DNA of 64,000 bases, from sequence record MZ574431.2. The stretch is one strand, 5' to 3'. The position numbers and the translations under genes were made by a program. Position 1 is the first letter of the stretch. The number at the start of each line of letters is the position of its first letter. The notes under the pieces were generated by a model. It did no database searches. It was given only the letters and a program-made list of their open reading frames with translations, and had not been told where the DNA came from. This document shows positions 36,260 through 44,969 of this stretch, one piece after another.

Positions 36260-36394
36260 ATGAGCACCACCACCGACGCCCTGGGCGCCAAGGCCGAGAC
36301 CGCCATCGGCAAGGCCGCCGCCTGGGTCCAGGCCCACACCACCATGGTGCTGGTCTTCATCCTCGGCTTCGCCGCCGGCGTCCTGTTCGTCTGA
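36260..36394 (+). CDS. small membrane protein (44 aa)
   Basis: C-terminal helix MVLVFILGFAAGVLFV. Confidence 0.65.
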   Translation: MSTTTDALGAKAETAIGKAAAWVQAHTTMVLVFILGFAAGVLFV

Positions 36395-36568
36395 TCCCGA
36401 CGCGGTCCCTGAAACGATAGGGGACCTCTGGCCGCGCCCTTTTGAAAAACGCCCGCGCGGGGGCGAGCCTGAGACCCTCCACCGTCTCCAGCCCTGGCTG
36501 CTTTTGAAACCTGATCGGTCGCCAGGGCGCCGGCCAGACCAACAATCCCACCCGACGGGAACATTCCG

Positions 36569-36805
36569 ATGACCTTCCATTACGACGCGCTCGACGAGTG
36601 CGTGAACTCGTGCGCGCCGGCTCCGACGATCTCGGTGGTGCGCGGCCTCTTCATCGACGACGGTGACAAGGCCCTGGGCAGCCCGCGCTTTGTCGCCTCC
36701 GAGGCTGGCCGCTTCATCGACATCACCACGCCGGCCTTCGAAGGCGTGCTGCATGAGGACGAGGCCTATCCGCTGCTCAAGCAACTGACGGCGGTGCTCC
36801 TGTGA
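36569..36805 (+). CDS. hypothetical protein
   Basis: GGGA SD, first of a coupled operon. Confidence 0.7.
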   Translation: MTFHYDALDECVNSCAPAPTISVVRGLFIDDGDKALGSPRFVASEAGRFIDITTPAFEGVLHEDEAYPLLKQLTAVLL

Positions 36806-37011
36806 GCCCCTTCATCACCCTGACCCTGGCGGTTGAATACGACGACGTCGAGGTGACGCTGAACGCCATCATGGTCGAGGCCTTCTTCGCCAGCGCCAGC
36901 ATCGCGGGCGTCACCGAGGTCCGCACCACGAGCGGCAAGGGCTACAACGTCCGTGAGACCTACGAGGTCGTCAAGGAGCGCGTGGCCGCCGGCCTGCGCT
37001 GGGAGGCGTAA
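36802..37011 (+). CDS. FlbD/SwrD-like small protein 1
   Basis: ITLT..VTLNAIMVEAF..T.V.T.SGKGYNVRETYEVVKERVAA parallels the SwrD family pattern. Confidence 0.6.
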   Translation: MSPFITLTLAVEYDDVEVTLNAIMVEAFFASASIAGVTEVRTTSGKGYNVRETYEVVKERVAAGLRWEA

Positions 37012-37017
37012 AGCCCC

Positions 37018-37275
37018 ATGTTCGTCAAGCTCACCCACGCCCATGGCAGCGAGGCCACCGAGGACCTCTACGTCAACCCGCTCAACATCATCGCGATCCG
37101 AGCCGACGGCGCCAACGCCCGGCTCTACGCGACCGATGGCGGCCTTTATCCGGTCGCCGAGAGCGCCGGCGACGTGGCCGAGGTCTTCGCCCAGGCGCTC
37201 GACACCAACCGTGAAAGCAACGACGCCATGCAGACGCTGCTGTCGCTGTTCGTCCAGAGGAGCCCCGCGTCGTGA
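37018..37275 (+). CDS. FlbD/SwrD-like small protein 2
   Basis: MFVKLT..G..LYVNPLNIIAI..L..TDGGLYPVAESAGDV. Confidence 0.55.
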   Translation: MFVKLTHAHGSEATEDLYVNPLNIIAIRADGANARLYATDGGLYPVAESAGDVAEVFAQALDTNRESNDAMQTLLSLFVQRSPAS

Positions 37276-37610
37276 TCATCCTGCATCGCAAGCACCCGGT
37301 CGGCGGCGGCCAGTTCACCATCCAGCGCATCGCCATTCGACCGAGCGCCCTGGACTTGATCATCGAGACCGCCCCCGACGCCCCGGCCACCATCGAAGTC
37401 AGCGGCGACCGCTATGACGTCGTCGAGACCTTCGAGCAGATCACCGGCCTGATCGGCTGCTGGAAGCACAGCGACATCCTGATCAGGGGTCACGCCCTGG
37501 CCAAGGGCGAATCGCTCCAGGACTTCCATCTGGCCGGCATCGAGTACGAGCCCGGCGCCGCTGAGAAGCACGAAGAGATGGTTCTGGTCTTGAACCCCTG
37601 GACCGAATGA
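37272..37610 (+). CDS. FlbD/SwrD-like small protein 3
   Basis: IAIRPSALDLIIETAPD..TIEVSGDRYDVVETFEQITGLI. Confidence 0.5.
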   Translation: MIILHRKHPVGGGQFTIQRIAIRPSALDLIIETAPDAPATIEVSGDRYDVVETFEQITGLIGCWKHSDILIRGHALAKGESLQDFHLAGIEYEPGAAEKHEEMVLVLNPWTE

Positions 37611-37882
37611 TCGTCGTTCACTGCCATTTCGCGCCCAACGAGGCGATCTTCCTCCACCCCGAGCGGATCACCAAGTTGCACAAGCCCTCGACCACGCAAC
37701 TGTGGGTCGAAGGCTATGAGTGCTGCCTTCAGATCAAGGAGACCCCCGAACAGGTCGCCAAGCTCTGCGCGGCCTGGGCCGATCGCTGGCGGTGGGAAGA
37801 CTTCAACAACGCAACCGCCAACTACGCCGTCTTCGACAAGGAAGCCGGCGTGGTGGTCTTCAACTTCAGCGAAAGACCCTGA
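37607..37882 (+). CDS. FlbD/SwrD-like small protein 4
   Basis: IFLHPERITKL..STTQLWV..LQIKETPEQVAKL. Confidence 0.5.
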   Translation: MIVVHCHFAPNEAIFLHPERITKLHKPSTTQLWVEGYECCLQIKETPEQVAKLCAAWADRWRWEDFNNATANYAVFDKEAGVVVFNFSERP

Positions 37883-38130
37883 TGAGCAAGCACACCGACA
37901 GCCTCATGGCTGACTGCCAGAAGCTGGTCGCCCTGACCGAGAAGATCACCGAGGCCTCCGACGGCCTGCGCGACCTGATCGTCCAGATTCCGAGGAGCCG
38001 CGAGGGCGCCCTGGCCCTGACCAAGCTCGACGAGTTGGACTACTGGGCCGGCCGCGCCATGCGCGAAATCCTCGAACCGATCCTGGGCGAGCTTCAGGAA
38101 GCCGGCCTCGTCAAGATCACCGAAGCCTAA
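37882..38130 (+). CDS. Acb2/Tad1-like helical hairpin protein
   Basis: PRSREGALALTKLDELDYWAGRAM resembles the SRE.(S/A).A.TK.EEA..W motif of these sponge families. Confidence 0.5.
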   Translation: MSKHTDSLMADCQKLVALTEKITEASDGLRDLIVQIPRSREGALALTKLDELDYWAGRAMREILEPILGELQEAGLVKITEA

Positions 38131-38188
38131 CTGGCCACATTTGGCCAGTTAGCCCCGGTTCTCCCTCACATCTGGCCACATTTGGCCA
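38131..38188. repeat. 2 x CTGGCCACATTTGGCCA
   Basis: 38131-38147 and 38172-38188, intergenic. Confidence 0.9.
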
Positions 38189-38214
38189 CTTAAGCCTAAG
38201 CCAAAGACCACGCT

Positions 38215-39039
38215 ATGACCCTCACCTACACCAAGGCGCTCGTCTGCGCCGCTGAGCACGCGCTTGCCGAAGCCATGGCCACCAAGGCCATCTATCCCGG
38301 CAACGAGCACATGACCGCCGCCATGGGCGAGGAGTTTGGCGAGGTCTGTCAGGCCCTCCTCGACGCCAGCCGCGCCCCCAAGAGCGAGACCGCCCAGGCC
38401 AAGGTCTACGCCGAGGCCATGCAACTGGCCGCCATGGCCCTGCGCATCGCCATCGAAGGCAGCGCCGAATTCCCCTATGCCTTCAAGGACGACTACGCCG
38501 CCGCCTTCAAGCCGACGACGTCCAAGAAGTCCGCGCCGGCCGACAAGCCCAAGAAGGTCAAGGAGCAGGACAAGGCCCAGGCCGACGCCGAGGCCCTGAA
38601 GAAACTCTTCGACGAACTGCGCCGGTTCGAACAGGTCAAGAAGACCGAGCCCTGGGAATATGACATCCGCTATGGCGCCGCACCAGCGCCCCGCGCCATG
38701 TGGGCCGGAGGTGGCTCGGGCACGCCGGGCGTCGGCCTGGGCGTCAGCAGCCAAGGCGCTGCGAGCGGAGGCCACTGCGTTGGTGGCGCGGGCGGAGCCT
38801 ACAGCTACAACGGCGCCGCCGAAACCGACCGACTGGTCGCCGAGACCCTGGCCAAGGCTAAGGCAGCCGCCGCCGTCAGCAAGAAGATCGCCGCCAAGAC
38901 CGACGGAGCCTTGACCGTCGACAAGGACCCCGCCCCGCCGACGGGTGACGACGCCCTGTCGGCCACGCTCGACATCATCGGCGGCCTTTTCGGCGCGATC
39001 GCCGACAACATCCCCGATCTGGACATCGACTTCTCGTGA
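38215..39039 (+). CDS. MazG-like NTP pyrophosphohydrolase domain plus low-complexity C-terminus
   Basis: GEEFGEVCQAL...EAMQLAAMALR. Confidence 0.6.
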   Translation: MTLTYTKALVCAAEHALAEAMATKAIYPGNEHMTAAMGEEFGEVCQALLDASRAPKSETAQAKVYAEAMQLAAMALRIAIEGSAEFPYAFKDDYAAAFKPTTSKKSAPADKPKKVKEQDKAQADAEALKKLFDELRRFEQVKKTEPWEYDIRYGAAPAPRAMWAGGGSGTPGVGLGVSSQGAASGGHCVGGAGGAYSYNGAAETDRLVAETLAKAKAAAAVSKKIAAKTDGALTVDKDPAPPTGDDALSATLDIIGGLFGAIADNIPDLDIDFS

Positions 39040-39212
39040 CCGAGCGCCCCACCATCCAAGTCCTGGCCATGCACGAGGACGAGCACGCCGTCTTCGTCCC
39101 CACGCCCGAGCAGGCCGCCGCGATCGCCAACGGCTCCTTGCGCATCGGCATCATCCGCTACGCGCCCAACCCCGACTATGTGCCGCCCGCCGGCCAGGAC
39201 GCCGCCCCGTGA
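39036..39212 (+). CDS. hypothetical protein (58 aa)
   Basis: GTGA overlaps at both ends. Confidence 0.65.
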   Translation: MTERPTIQVLAMHEDEHAVFVPTPEQAAAIANGSLRIGIIRYAPNPDYVPPAGQDAAP

Positions 39213-40528
39213 TCTCCATCACCATCGACAAGATCGCCCAGGAGCTTTCCCTGGACGAGACCGCCTCGGTCCCCGCCCGCTTCCTGGCCAACGCCATCCT
39301 GCTGCGCGCGATCGAGGACGACGACCTGCGCGCCGAGCATGAAGCGCTCGAACGCGTCGTCGAGAGCCTGCGCGACAAGCTCGAAGACGCCGAGCGCAAG
39401 ATCGATCGCGCTTTCGAAACCGGCCGCGACGCGGTCATGGTCACCACCCAGATCGAGCGCGCCAAGCAGCGCGAACTGCTCGACGAGATCGGCGACCTGA
39501 AAGCCAAGCTCGTCGTCGGCGATCCCGACCTGATCGCCAAGCTGCGTCGCGACATCCGCGACTACCAGACCCGCGAAACCCGCGCCGACACCAAGCTGGC
39601 CGAGTTCCGCGACAACAACATCGGCCTCTTGAAGGACCGCGAGGCGCTCGTCGAGGAAAACGACGCCCTGGTCGAGGAACTGAGGCTCGCCGACGAAGCG
39701 CGTGGCGCGGCCGAGGAACTGAGCCATGGTCTCTTGGCGCGCGCCCGCGCCGCCGAGGACGCCCACGATGCGCTCCAGGAGGCGCTGAAGAAGGCGCAAG
39801 GCGAGATCGCCACCGCCAGGGTCCGCTACGACGACCTGCTCAAGTCCAGGGCCAACCTCCAGAGCCGCGTCGACAACGCCCTCCAGGCCCAGGAAGACGG
39901 CGAGCGCGAGCGCCGCATCATGCTGGCCAATCAGCGTGACATCGAAGCGCGCATGAACCAGTACAAGCGCGTCGCCGAGAAGCTCGAACAGACCGCCGAC
40001 GTGGCCTATGTCGACAAGCTGATCCGCGAGAACGAAAAGCTCACCGCGCGCGACCGCGAACTGTCCACGACCCTGTTCGACCGCGATCGCACCATCGCCG
40101 AACTCAAGGCCCGGCTCAACGAGCCCGAAAATCGCCCCGCCAAGGACCTGATCGACACGATCAACGCCCAGGCCAAGCGAATGGGCGAGCTTGAGGCCAA
40201 GCTGGCCCGTGGCGATGGCTTCGAGGCCGCCAGCATCGAGCGCACCACCGCCGAGGTCCCCGTCCTGGTCGCCTGCGAGAGCGAAGTCGACCTCCTGAGC
40301 CTGCGCAACAGCTTCTGGCGCACCTCCCTGGCCGGCCATCTGGTCTTCCGCGTCATCGGCCACGACGAAGTGCCCGATCACCCGCTCGGCGGCATCATCG
40401 TCATGCCCGAGCAGGCCAAGCGCCTCAAGCGCGCCGCCGCCAAGGGCCAGGACCGCAACGAATGGCTGGCCAAGGCCCAAGCCCAACTCGTCGACGGCGC
40501 CGTGCAAGTCACGATCGCCAAGAACTAG
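39209..40528 (+). CDS. long coiled-coil protein
   Basis: Heptad-rich E/R/K/L/A sequence; GTG start inside track ORF 38945. Confidence 0.8.
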   Translation: MISITIDKIAQELSLDETASVPARFLANAILLRAIEDDDLRAEHEALERVVESLRDKLEDAERKIDRAFETGRDAVMVTTQIERAKQRELLDEIGDLKAKLVVGDPDLIAKLRRDIRDYQTRETRADTKLAEFRDNNIGLLKDREALVEENDALVEELRLADEARGAAEELSHGLLARARAAEDAHDALQEALKKAQGEIATARVRYDDLLKSRANLQSRVDNALQAQEDGERERRIMLANQRDIEARMNQYKRVAEKLEQTADVAYVDKLIRENEKLTARDRELSTTLFDRDRTIAELKARLNEPENRPAKDLIDTINAQAKRMGELEAKLARGDGFEAASIERTTAEVPVLVACESEVDLLSLRNSFWRTSLAGHLVFRVIGHDEVPDHPLGGIIVMPEQAKRLKRAAAKGQDRNEWLAKAQAQLVDGAVQVTIAKN

Positions 40529-40543
40529 AAAAGAAAGACGCCG

Positions 40544-40744
40544 ATGACCTCTCCGACCCTCTCCCTGACCGTCTCGGGCGCCCGCAGCGCCGGCAAGACC
40601 GTCTTGATCCGCAAGATCGCCCAGTTCCTGCGCGAGCAGGGCTACACCGTCGACACCGAGCGCCTGCCGCGTGGGACCGACTACGCCTTCGACGGCGTCA
40701 AGGCCGACGGCCGCGCCGTCACCCTGTTCGAAGGCGGCCTCTGA
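40544..40744 (+). CDS. 66-aa protein with isolated Walker A motif
   Basis: LTVSGARSAGKTVLIRKIAQFL. Confidence 0.7.
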   Translation: MTSPTLSLTVSGARSAGKTVLIRKIAQFLREQGYTVDTERLPRGTDYAFDGVKADGRAVTLFEGGL

Positions 40745-41094
40745 TGGGACGCTATCGCAAGACCACGGTGATCGATGCGGTCCAGTACATCGCCGGCGAG
40801 ACCCTGCCCGACGGCGTCCACGTTTCTCCCGACGGCGTGGCCTTCCTGATCACCCTCCAGGGCTCGACCATCGTCTATTCGGGCGACTGGGTCTGCACCG
40901 GGCCGGGCGATCAGCAGTGGGTGGTGCGCAAGGCCGTCTTCGCCGCCAACTACGAGCAAGTTCCCGACGAGCCGGCCGCCGGCGTCCCCATCGACGAGGT
41001 CCGCGACGACCTGCGTTACGCCGATCCGCTCGCCTGGGCGATCGCCAACCGTCCTGGCCTGATCATCGGCCGCGACCCCATTCCGCACGGCTGA
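40744..41094 (+). CDS. hypothetical protein (PGDYG-like pattern)
   Basis: YRK..VIDAVQY, TLQG, GDWV, VF..NYE. Confidence 0.7.
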   Translation: MGRYRKTTVIDAVQYIAGETLPDGVHVSPDGVAFLITLQGSTIVYSGDWVCTGPGDQQWVVRKAVFAANYEQVPDEPAAGVPIDEVRDDLRYADPLAWAIANRPGLIIGRDPIPHG

Positions 41095-41097
41095 TCC

Positions 41098-41490
41098 ATG
41101 ACCCTTCCCGACCCGACCAATGTCGGCCAGATGCAGATCACCGCTGCCCTGGAAGGCTATAACCCCAACGACCACTATCCGCCCAAGGGCACGCCCAACA
41201 CCTGCCTGATCCTGGCCCTGACGTGCGACAACTTCACCGTCCTGGGACACACCGGCCGCTATCTGCATGCCATGATCAACTGCGCCGGCTTCAACGGCGA
41301 GGAACTGGGCCTGGAGAACGTCCCCGACGAGCCCGGCTACTGGGTCTGCGAGAACGGCGACGTCAACGCCGGCACCGACAGCTTCACCGGCGAGGGCTAT
41401 GCGGAGATGTATGGCGATTGGCGTCGCGCCCGCCTGAGCGACTTTGCGCGCTTTGAGGTCGACATGCCGCTGGACCTCTCGGAGGCCTGA
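41098..41490 (+). CDS. hypothetical protein
   Basis: 130-aa ORF in operon. Confidence 0.75.
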   Translation: MTLPDPTNVGQMQITAALEGYNPNDHYPPKGTPNTCLILALTCDNFTVLGHTGRYLHAMINCAGFNGEELGLENVPDEPGYWVCENGDVNAGTDSFTGEGYAEMYGDWRRARLSDFARFEVDMPLDLSEA

Positions 41491-41759
41491 TGGGCTACGC
41501 CTACCGCTATCGCACCACCCGCGCGATCCCGCAACGCAAGCCCTCCTCGGCCAACTTCCATCGCTACAAGCCCCAGGCGAGCAAGCCGCCGGCCGCCAAG
41601 CTGAGCGTGACCAAACCTCCGATGCGGCCCAAGCGCCCCAGCCCCGTCATCGAAGGCGGCTTGAACCTGTCGCCGGTCTGGACCCGCATCGCCGAGATCG
41701 CCGGCTCCGCCCTGGGCGGCTGGCTGGGCGTCTGGGCCTATCACGCGGTGTTTGGATGA
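41490..41759 (+). CDS. basic protein with C-terminal hydrophobic segment
   Basis: GGAGG SD, TGATG coupling. Confidence 0.7.
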   Translation: MGYAYRYRTTRAIPQRKPSSANFHRYKPQASKPPAAKLSVTKPPMRPKRPSPVIEGGLNLSPVWTRIAEIAGSALGGWLGVWAYHAVFG

Positions 41760-42070
41760 GCAGCTATTCCGACTACGCCGCCTATCGCGAGAAGGAATTG
41801 CGGCTGGCCAAGCTGGTCGGCGGTGAAAGCGAACTGAGGCGCCTGCTCCAGGAGGGTCGCCGCATAGGCCCTGGCGCCATTCTTCGCCGCGATCCCTACA
41901 CCCACAAATACCACTACGCCCATCCTGGCTCCTCGGTCCAGAAGCCGGCCAAGCCCCGAGGCCTGTCGGTCGCCAAGCCTCCCGCTCCCAAGCCACCCGC
42001 GCCCCAACCGCCGCCTCGGCGAACCTTTCTGCAATCACTACGGGAATTCCTCCTCTATCTCTCCACCTAA
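41756..42070 (+). CDS. Pro-rich hypothetical protein
   Basis: ATGA overlap. Confidence 0.7.
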   Translation: MSSYSDYAAYREKELRLAKLVGGESELRRLLQEGRRIGPGAILRRDPYTHKYHYAHPGSSVQKPAKPRGLSVAKPPAPKPPAPQPPPRRTFLQSLREFLLYLST

Positions 42071-42092
42071 AGCCGCCTTCGGGCGGCTTTTT
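42069..42092 (+). terminator. intrinsic terminator
   Basis: AAAGCCGCC-TTCG-GGCGGCTTTTT. Confidence 0.9.
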
Positions 42093-42093
42093 C

Positions 42094-42162
42094 GTGACGC
42101 GTCCATTTTCTTGGTGCTGTTTTTCTTGACGCATGACGTGATCCATGACACGACATGGTTAA
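42094..42162 (+). promoter_or_regulatory. promoter region
   Basis: GTGACG at 42094, TTCTTGACG at 42123, GACATGGTTAA half-site. Confidence 0.5.
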
Positions 42163-42175
42163 TCACGAGGTTCAC

Positions 42176-42889
42176 ATGAACGCCCTCCTCTCCCAAGACG
42201 AAATCGACGGCCTCTTCGACGACGAACCGGCCGTCTACACCCTCACCGGCGTCACTCACGTGCCGACCCTCAAGCCGGGCGTCTACCAGACCGGCTACGA
42301 GACCACCGCCAACATGAACTACGCCCCCGGCGTCTCCCAGACCGAGATCAGCACCCTGACCGTGCCGGGCATCCACACCACCGCCCGCTATCTGAGCGCC
42401 ACGGTCCCGACCGACGCGCTGCTGCATGGCGTCGGCGACACCATGGTCGGCGCGCCGATCTTCTCGGACGTGTTCGTCATCGACGAGGCGGCGCCGCTGC
42501 TGTCGCGCGATCTGGTCGCCAGCCTGGGCCTGGAAGGCTACTATGGCGACATCGCTCCGCTGCAAGCCCCCGGCCCTGGCCGCGTGATCGATGGCGGCGA
42601 CGTCACCTTCACCGTCAACACCTTCTCCTGGCCCAAGGCCGCGCCCCTGGCCGGCGACCTGGACGATGAGGAGGAATTCTTCCTCGACGAAAGCCCCGAC
42701 GGCTTTAGCTGGTGCCTGATCCCCGACGCCAAGCGCACCGCCTGGAACGCCTTCTGCGCCGGCTTCGAAGCCACTGCCTTCGACGATCCCGATGATCCGC
42801 CGTCGGCGCATCTGCCCGACTGGGTCAAGGTCATTGAAGGCCACCCGCGCTGGACCGTCTTCAAGCGCCCCCGCCAGAAGTTCTCGTAA
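42176..42889 (+). CDS. hypothetical protein with FliM-N-like N-terminus (LLSQDEIDGLF)
   Basis: GAGG SD; first gene after own promoter. Confidence 0.8.
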   Translation: MNALLSQDEIDGLFDDEPAVYTLTGVTHVPTLKPGVYQTGYETTANMNYAPGVSQTEISTLTVPGIHTTARYLSATVPTDALLHGVGDTMVGAPIFSDVFVIDEAAPLLSRDLVASLGLEGYYGDIAPLQAPGPGRVIDGGDVTFTVNTFSWPKAAPLAGDLDDEEEFFLDESPDGFSWCLIPDAKRTAWNAFCAGFEATAFDDPDDPPSAHLPDWVKVIEGHPRWTVFKRPRQKFS

Positions 42890-42911
42890 CCCCCGCGTCC
42901 GAGTAGCCGAC

Positions 42912-43193
42912 ATGACCACGACCGCCAAGACCGTCGATCAGTTCGCCGCCAACGAGCGTGAAAAGATCGCCGACCAACTCAACCCCTTCGCCCGCGAGCG
43001 CTTCCTGGCCGGAAAGCTGCCGCTGGACGTCATCGAATACCGTGGCGAGGGCGTGCGCTCGATGGAACGCGCCATCGCCGCCAAGCGCCGCAACGGCCAG
43101 AGCGTCACCAAGGACGAACTGGAAGAACTGGCCTTCGTCAAGAAGTGGACGGCCGATCCGATCATCGTCATCCCCACCGATCTGGCGGCCTGA
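42912..43193 (+). CDS. hypothetical protein
   Basis: ATG at 42912 in track ORF. Confidence 0.7.
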   Translation: MTTTAKTVDQFAANEREKIADQLNPFARERFLAGKLPLDVIEYRGEGVRSMERAIAAKRRNGQSVTKDELEELAFVKKWTADPIIVIPTDLAA

Positions 43194-43411
43194 TGATCCC
43201 GTACGATCTTCGCCAGCAGCATGACGAGTGGGGCAACAGCCCCGCCCTGCTGTCGGCCGAGGATCGTGCGGCCCTCGACCTCGGCGCCTGGAAGCGGGCG
43301 GGTCATGAAACCCTCTGCCAGACCTGCGACCGCCCCTACTGGAAACACCCCGAGGTCATCGGCGCCCTGTGGCTCCATCGCCTCTGCGACAACACCCTGG
43401 TGAAGCTATGA
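43193..43411 (+). CDS. small Cys/His protein
   Basis: CQTCDRPYWKHP..HRLC; TGATG coupling. Confidence 0.7.
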   Translation: MIPYDLRQQHDEWGNSPALLSAEDRAALDLGAWKRAGHETLCQTCDRPYWKHPEVIGALWLHRLCDNTLVKL

Positions 43412-43656
43412 GCAAGATCAACGGCCCCTTCTGGGCCATCACCTACAAGACCGAGAGCGGCGACGAGGGCTTCTACGGCGTCTTCAACGAGGAGCCGACC
43501 GACGAGCACTTCATGGCCATCGCCATGGAGGACTTTCCCGACGAGGTGATCGAGGAAGAGAACGACGAGGGCGAGACCATCCGCAGCCTCTACATCTACT
43601 TCCGCGCCCACGAGATCGAGAGCATCGTCGATCTGCCCGAACCGGTGGAGGTCTGA
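43408..43656 (+). CDS. acidic hypothetical protein
   Basis: ATGA overlap. Confidence 0.75.
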   Translation: MSKINGPFWAITYKTESGDEGFYGVFNEEPTDEHFMAIAMEDFPDEVIEEENDEGETIRSLYIYFRAHEIESIVDLPEPVEV

Positions 43657-43658
43657 TC

Positions 43659-43964
43659 ATGGCCCTCATCCAAGCCTCCGAGGCCCTGCGACTGGTGGCC
43701 GGAACCACCGCCGACGAACTGCTCGAAAAGCTGAACGCCGAGATCACCAGCGCCGCCAAGGCCGGCCGCCGCGCGATCACCATCGGCCAGAGCTTGGTCC
43801 GCCAGACCCTGATCGACGATCACGTCAACGGCAAGAGCAAGCCCGGCGATCTGCTGGTGGTGATCGAAAACCGCCTCAACGCCGCCGGCTACACCCTGAC
43901 CAAGAACAAGGGCTACTCCGATCCGCGCGAGTACCAGTCGCCCTACCTGTCCGTGACGTGGTGA
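43659..43964 (+). CDS. hypothetical protein
   Basis: GGAGG SD. Confidence 0.8.
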   Translation: MALIQASEALRLVAGTTADELLEKLNAEITSAAKAGRRAITIGQSLVRQTLIDDHVNGKSKPGDLLVVIENRLNAAGYTLTKNKGYSDPREYQSPYLSVTW

Positions 43965-43969
43965 GCATC

Positions 43970-44236
43970 ATGCCCGAGCAAGCCATCATCTGTCTCGACG
44001 ACGAGGCCCTCGACCAGGAGATCGCCGCCGCCGCCCAGGTGGAGACCTGCCCCTTCTGCTGCTCGACGCGCATCGAGGCGCCGATGGAAGGACACCCGTC
44101 CGGCTACGGCGCGATGATGCAGACCGGTCCGACCGTCTGCTTCGATTGCGAGGCCTACGAGATGTCGCACTGGCGCGACTATCCCGAGGCCACGCCCGAG
44201 GAGAAGCAAAAGGGCTGGATCAGGGGCACGGTCTGA
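43970..44236 (+). CDS. small Zn-ribbon-like protein
   Basis: CPFC...CFDC. Confidence 0.7.
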   Translation: MPEQAIICLDDEALDQEIAAAAQVETCPFCCSTRIEAPMEGHPSGYGAMMQTGPTVCFDCEAYEMSHWRDYPEATPEEKQKGWIRGTV

Positions 44237-44508
44237 TGAGCGCGCCGCTGATGATCGAATACAGCAACGCCCAGACGGGCTTGCGTGGCTTCATCTCGCC
44301 CGAGCATGTCATCCAGGCCTTCTGGAGCAACGGCCGGCGCTACATCGTCCTGGCCCACGACAAGTCGGCCATGGAGATCGACCAAGCCCCTGACGTGATC
44401 GCCGCCCTACGGCGCGTCGCTCTGCGGGGGACGGGCGGGCAGCCTCAAGACTACGCGGTTCGTTGGGACGGCCGCGCTGGAAACATCCGGTTCGTCGGCC
44501 CTCAGTAG
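44236..44508 (+). CDS. hypothetical protein, weak FlbD/SwrD-like pattern
   Basis: FISPEHVIQAF..YIVL..AMEIDQAPDVI; TGATG coupling. Confidence 0.6.
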   Translation: MSAPLMIEYSNAQTGLRGFISPEHVIQAFWSNGRRYIVLAHDKSAMEIDQAPDVIAALRRVALRGTGGQPQDYAVRWDGRAGNIRFVGPQ

Positions 44509-44528
44509 CTTTTTCGGAGTACCCTCGC

Positions 44529-44960
44529 GTGACCACCATCGTCTTCAAGGACGGCGTCGTCGCCGCTGACCGTCTCGTGACGGAACGCGGCGCCAGCCTT
44601 GGCTACAAGACCAAGATCGTCAAGAAAGGTGGGGCGATCGCGGCGGGCGCGGGCTCCTCTATCGTCTGCCGCCAGTTCACCGACTGGTTCCTGGCCGGCA
44701 TGCGAGGCAACCCGCCGGCCATGCGCACCGATCCACAGCGCCCGGCCTCCGAGTGCGTCATCTATTTCGGCAAGGACCGCTTCGTCACCTTCGATGGTGA
44801 CGGCGTCAGCGAAATCTTCGCCGACCACCACACCCTGGGCTCGGGGGCTCCGTTCGCGCGGGGCGCCCTGGCCGCCGGCGCTGATCCGCGTCGCGCCGTG
44901 GAGATCGCCATGCAGTTTGATCTCTACAGCGGCGGCGCGATCGACGTCCTTTCCCTCTGA
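44529..44960 (+). CDS. HslV/proteasome-beta-like Ntn-hydrolase
   Basis: GGAG SD, GTG start giving (M)TTIVFKDGVVAAD (Thr1); TLGSGAPFARGAL. Confidence 0.72.
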   Translation: MTTIVFKDGVVAADRLVTERGASLGYKTKIVKKGGAIAAGAGSSIVCRQFTDWFLAGMRGNPPAMRTDPQRPASECVIYFGKDRFVTFDGDGVSEIFADHHTLGSGAPFARGALAAGADPRRAVEIAMQFDLYSGGAIDVLSL

Positions 44961-44969
44961 GCCAAGCCC

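Noticed and set aside
39209-40528. SMC or tape-measure protein
   Set aside because: Coiled coil only, no Walker motifs, and it lies outside the tail module
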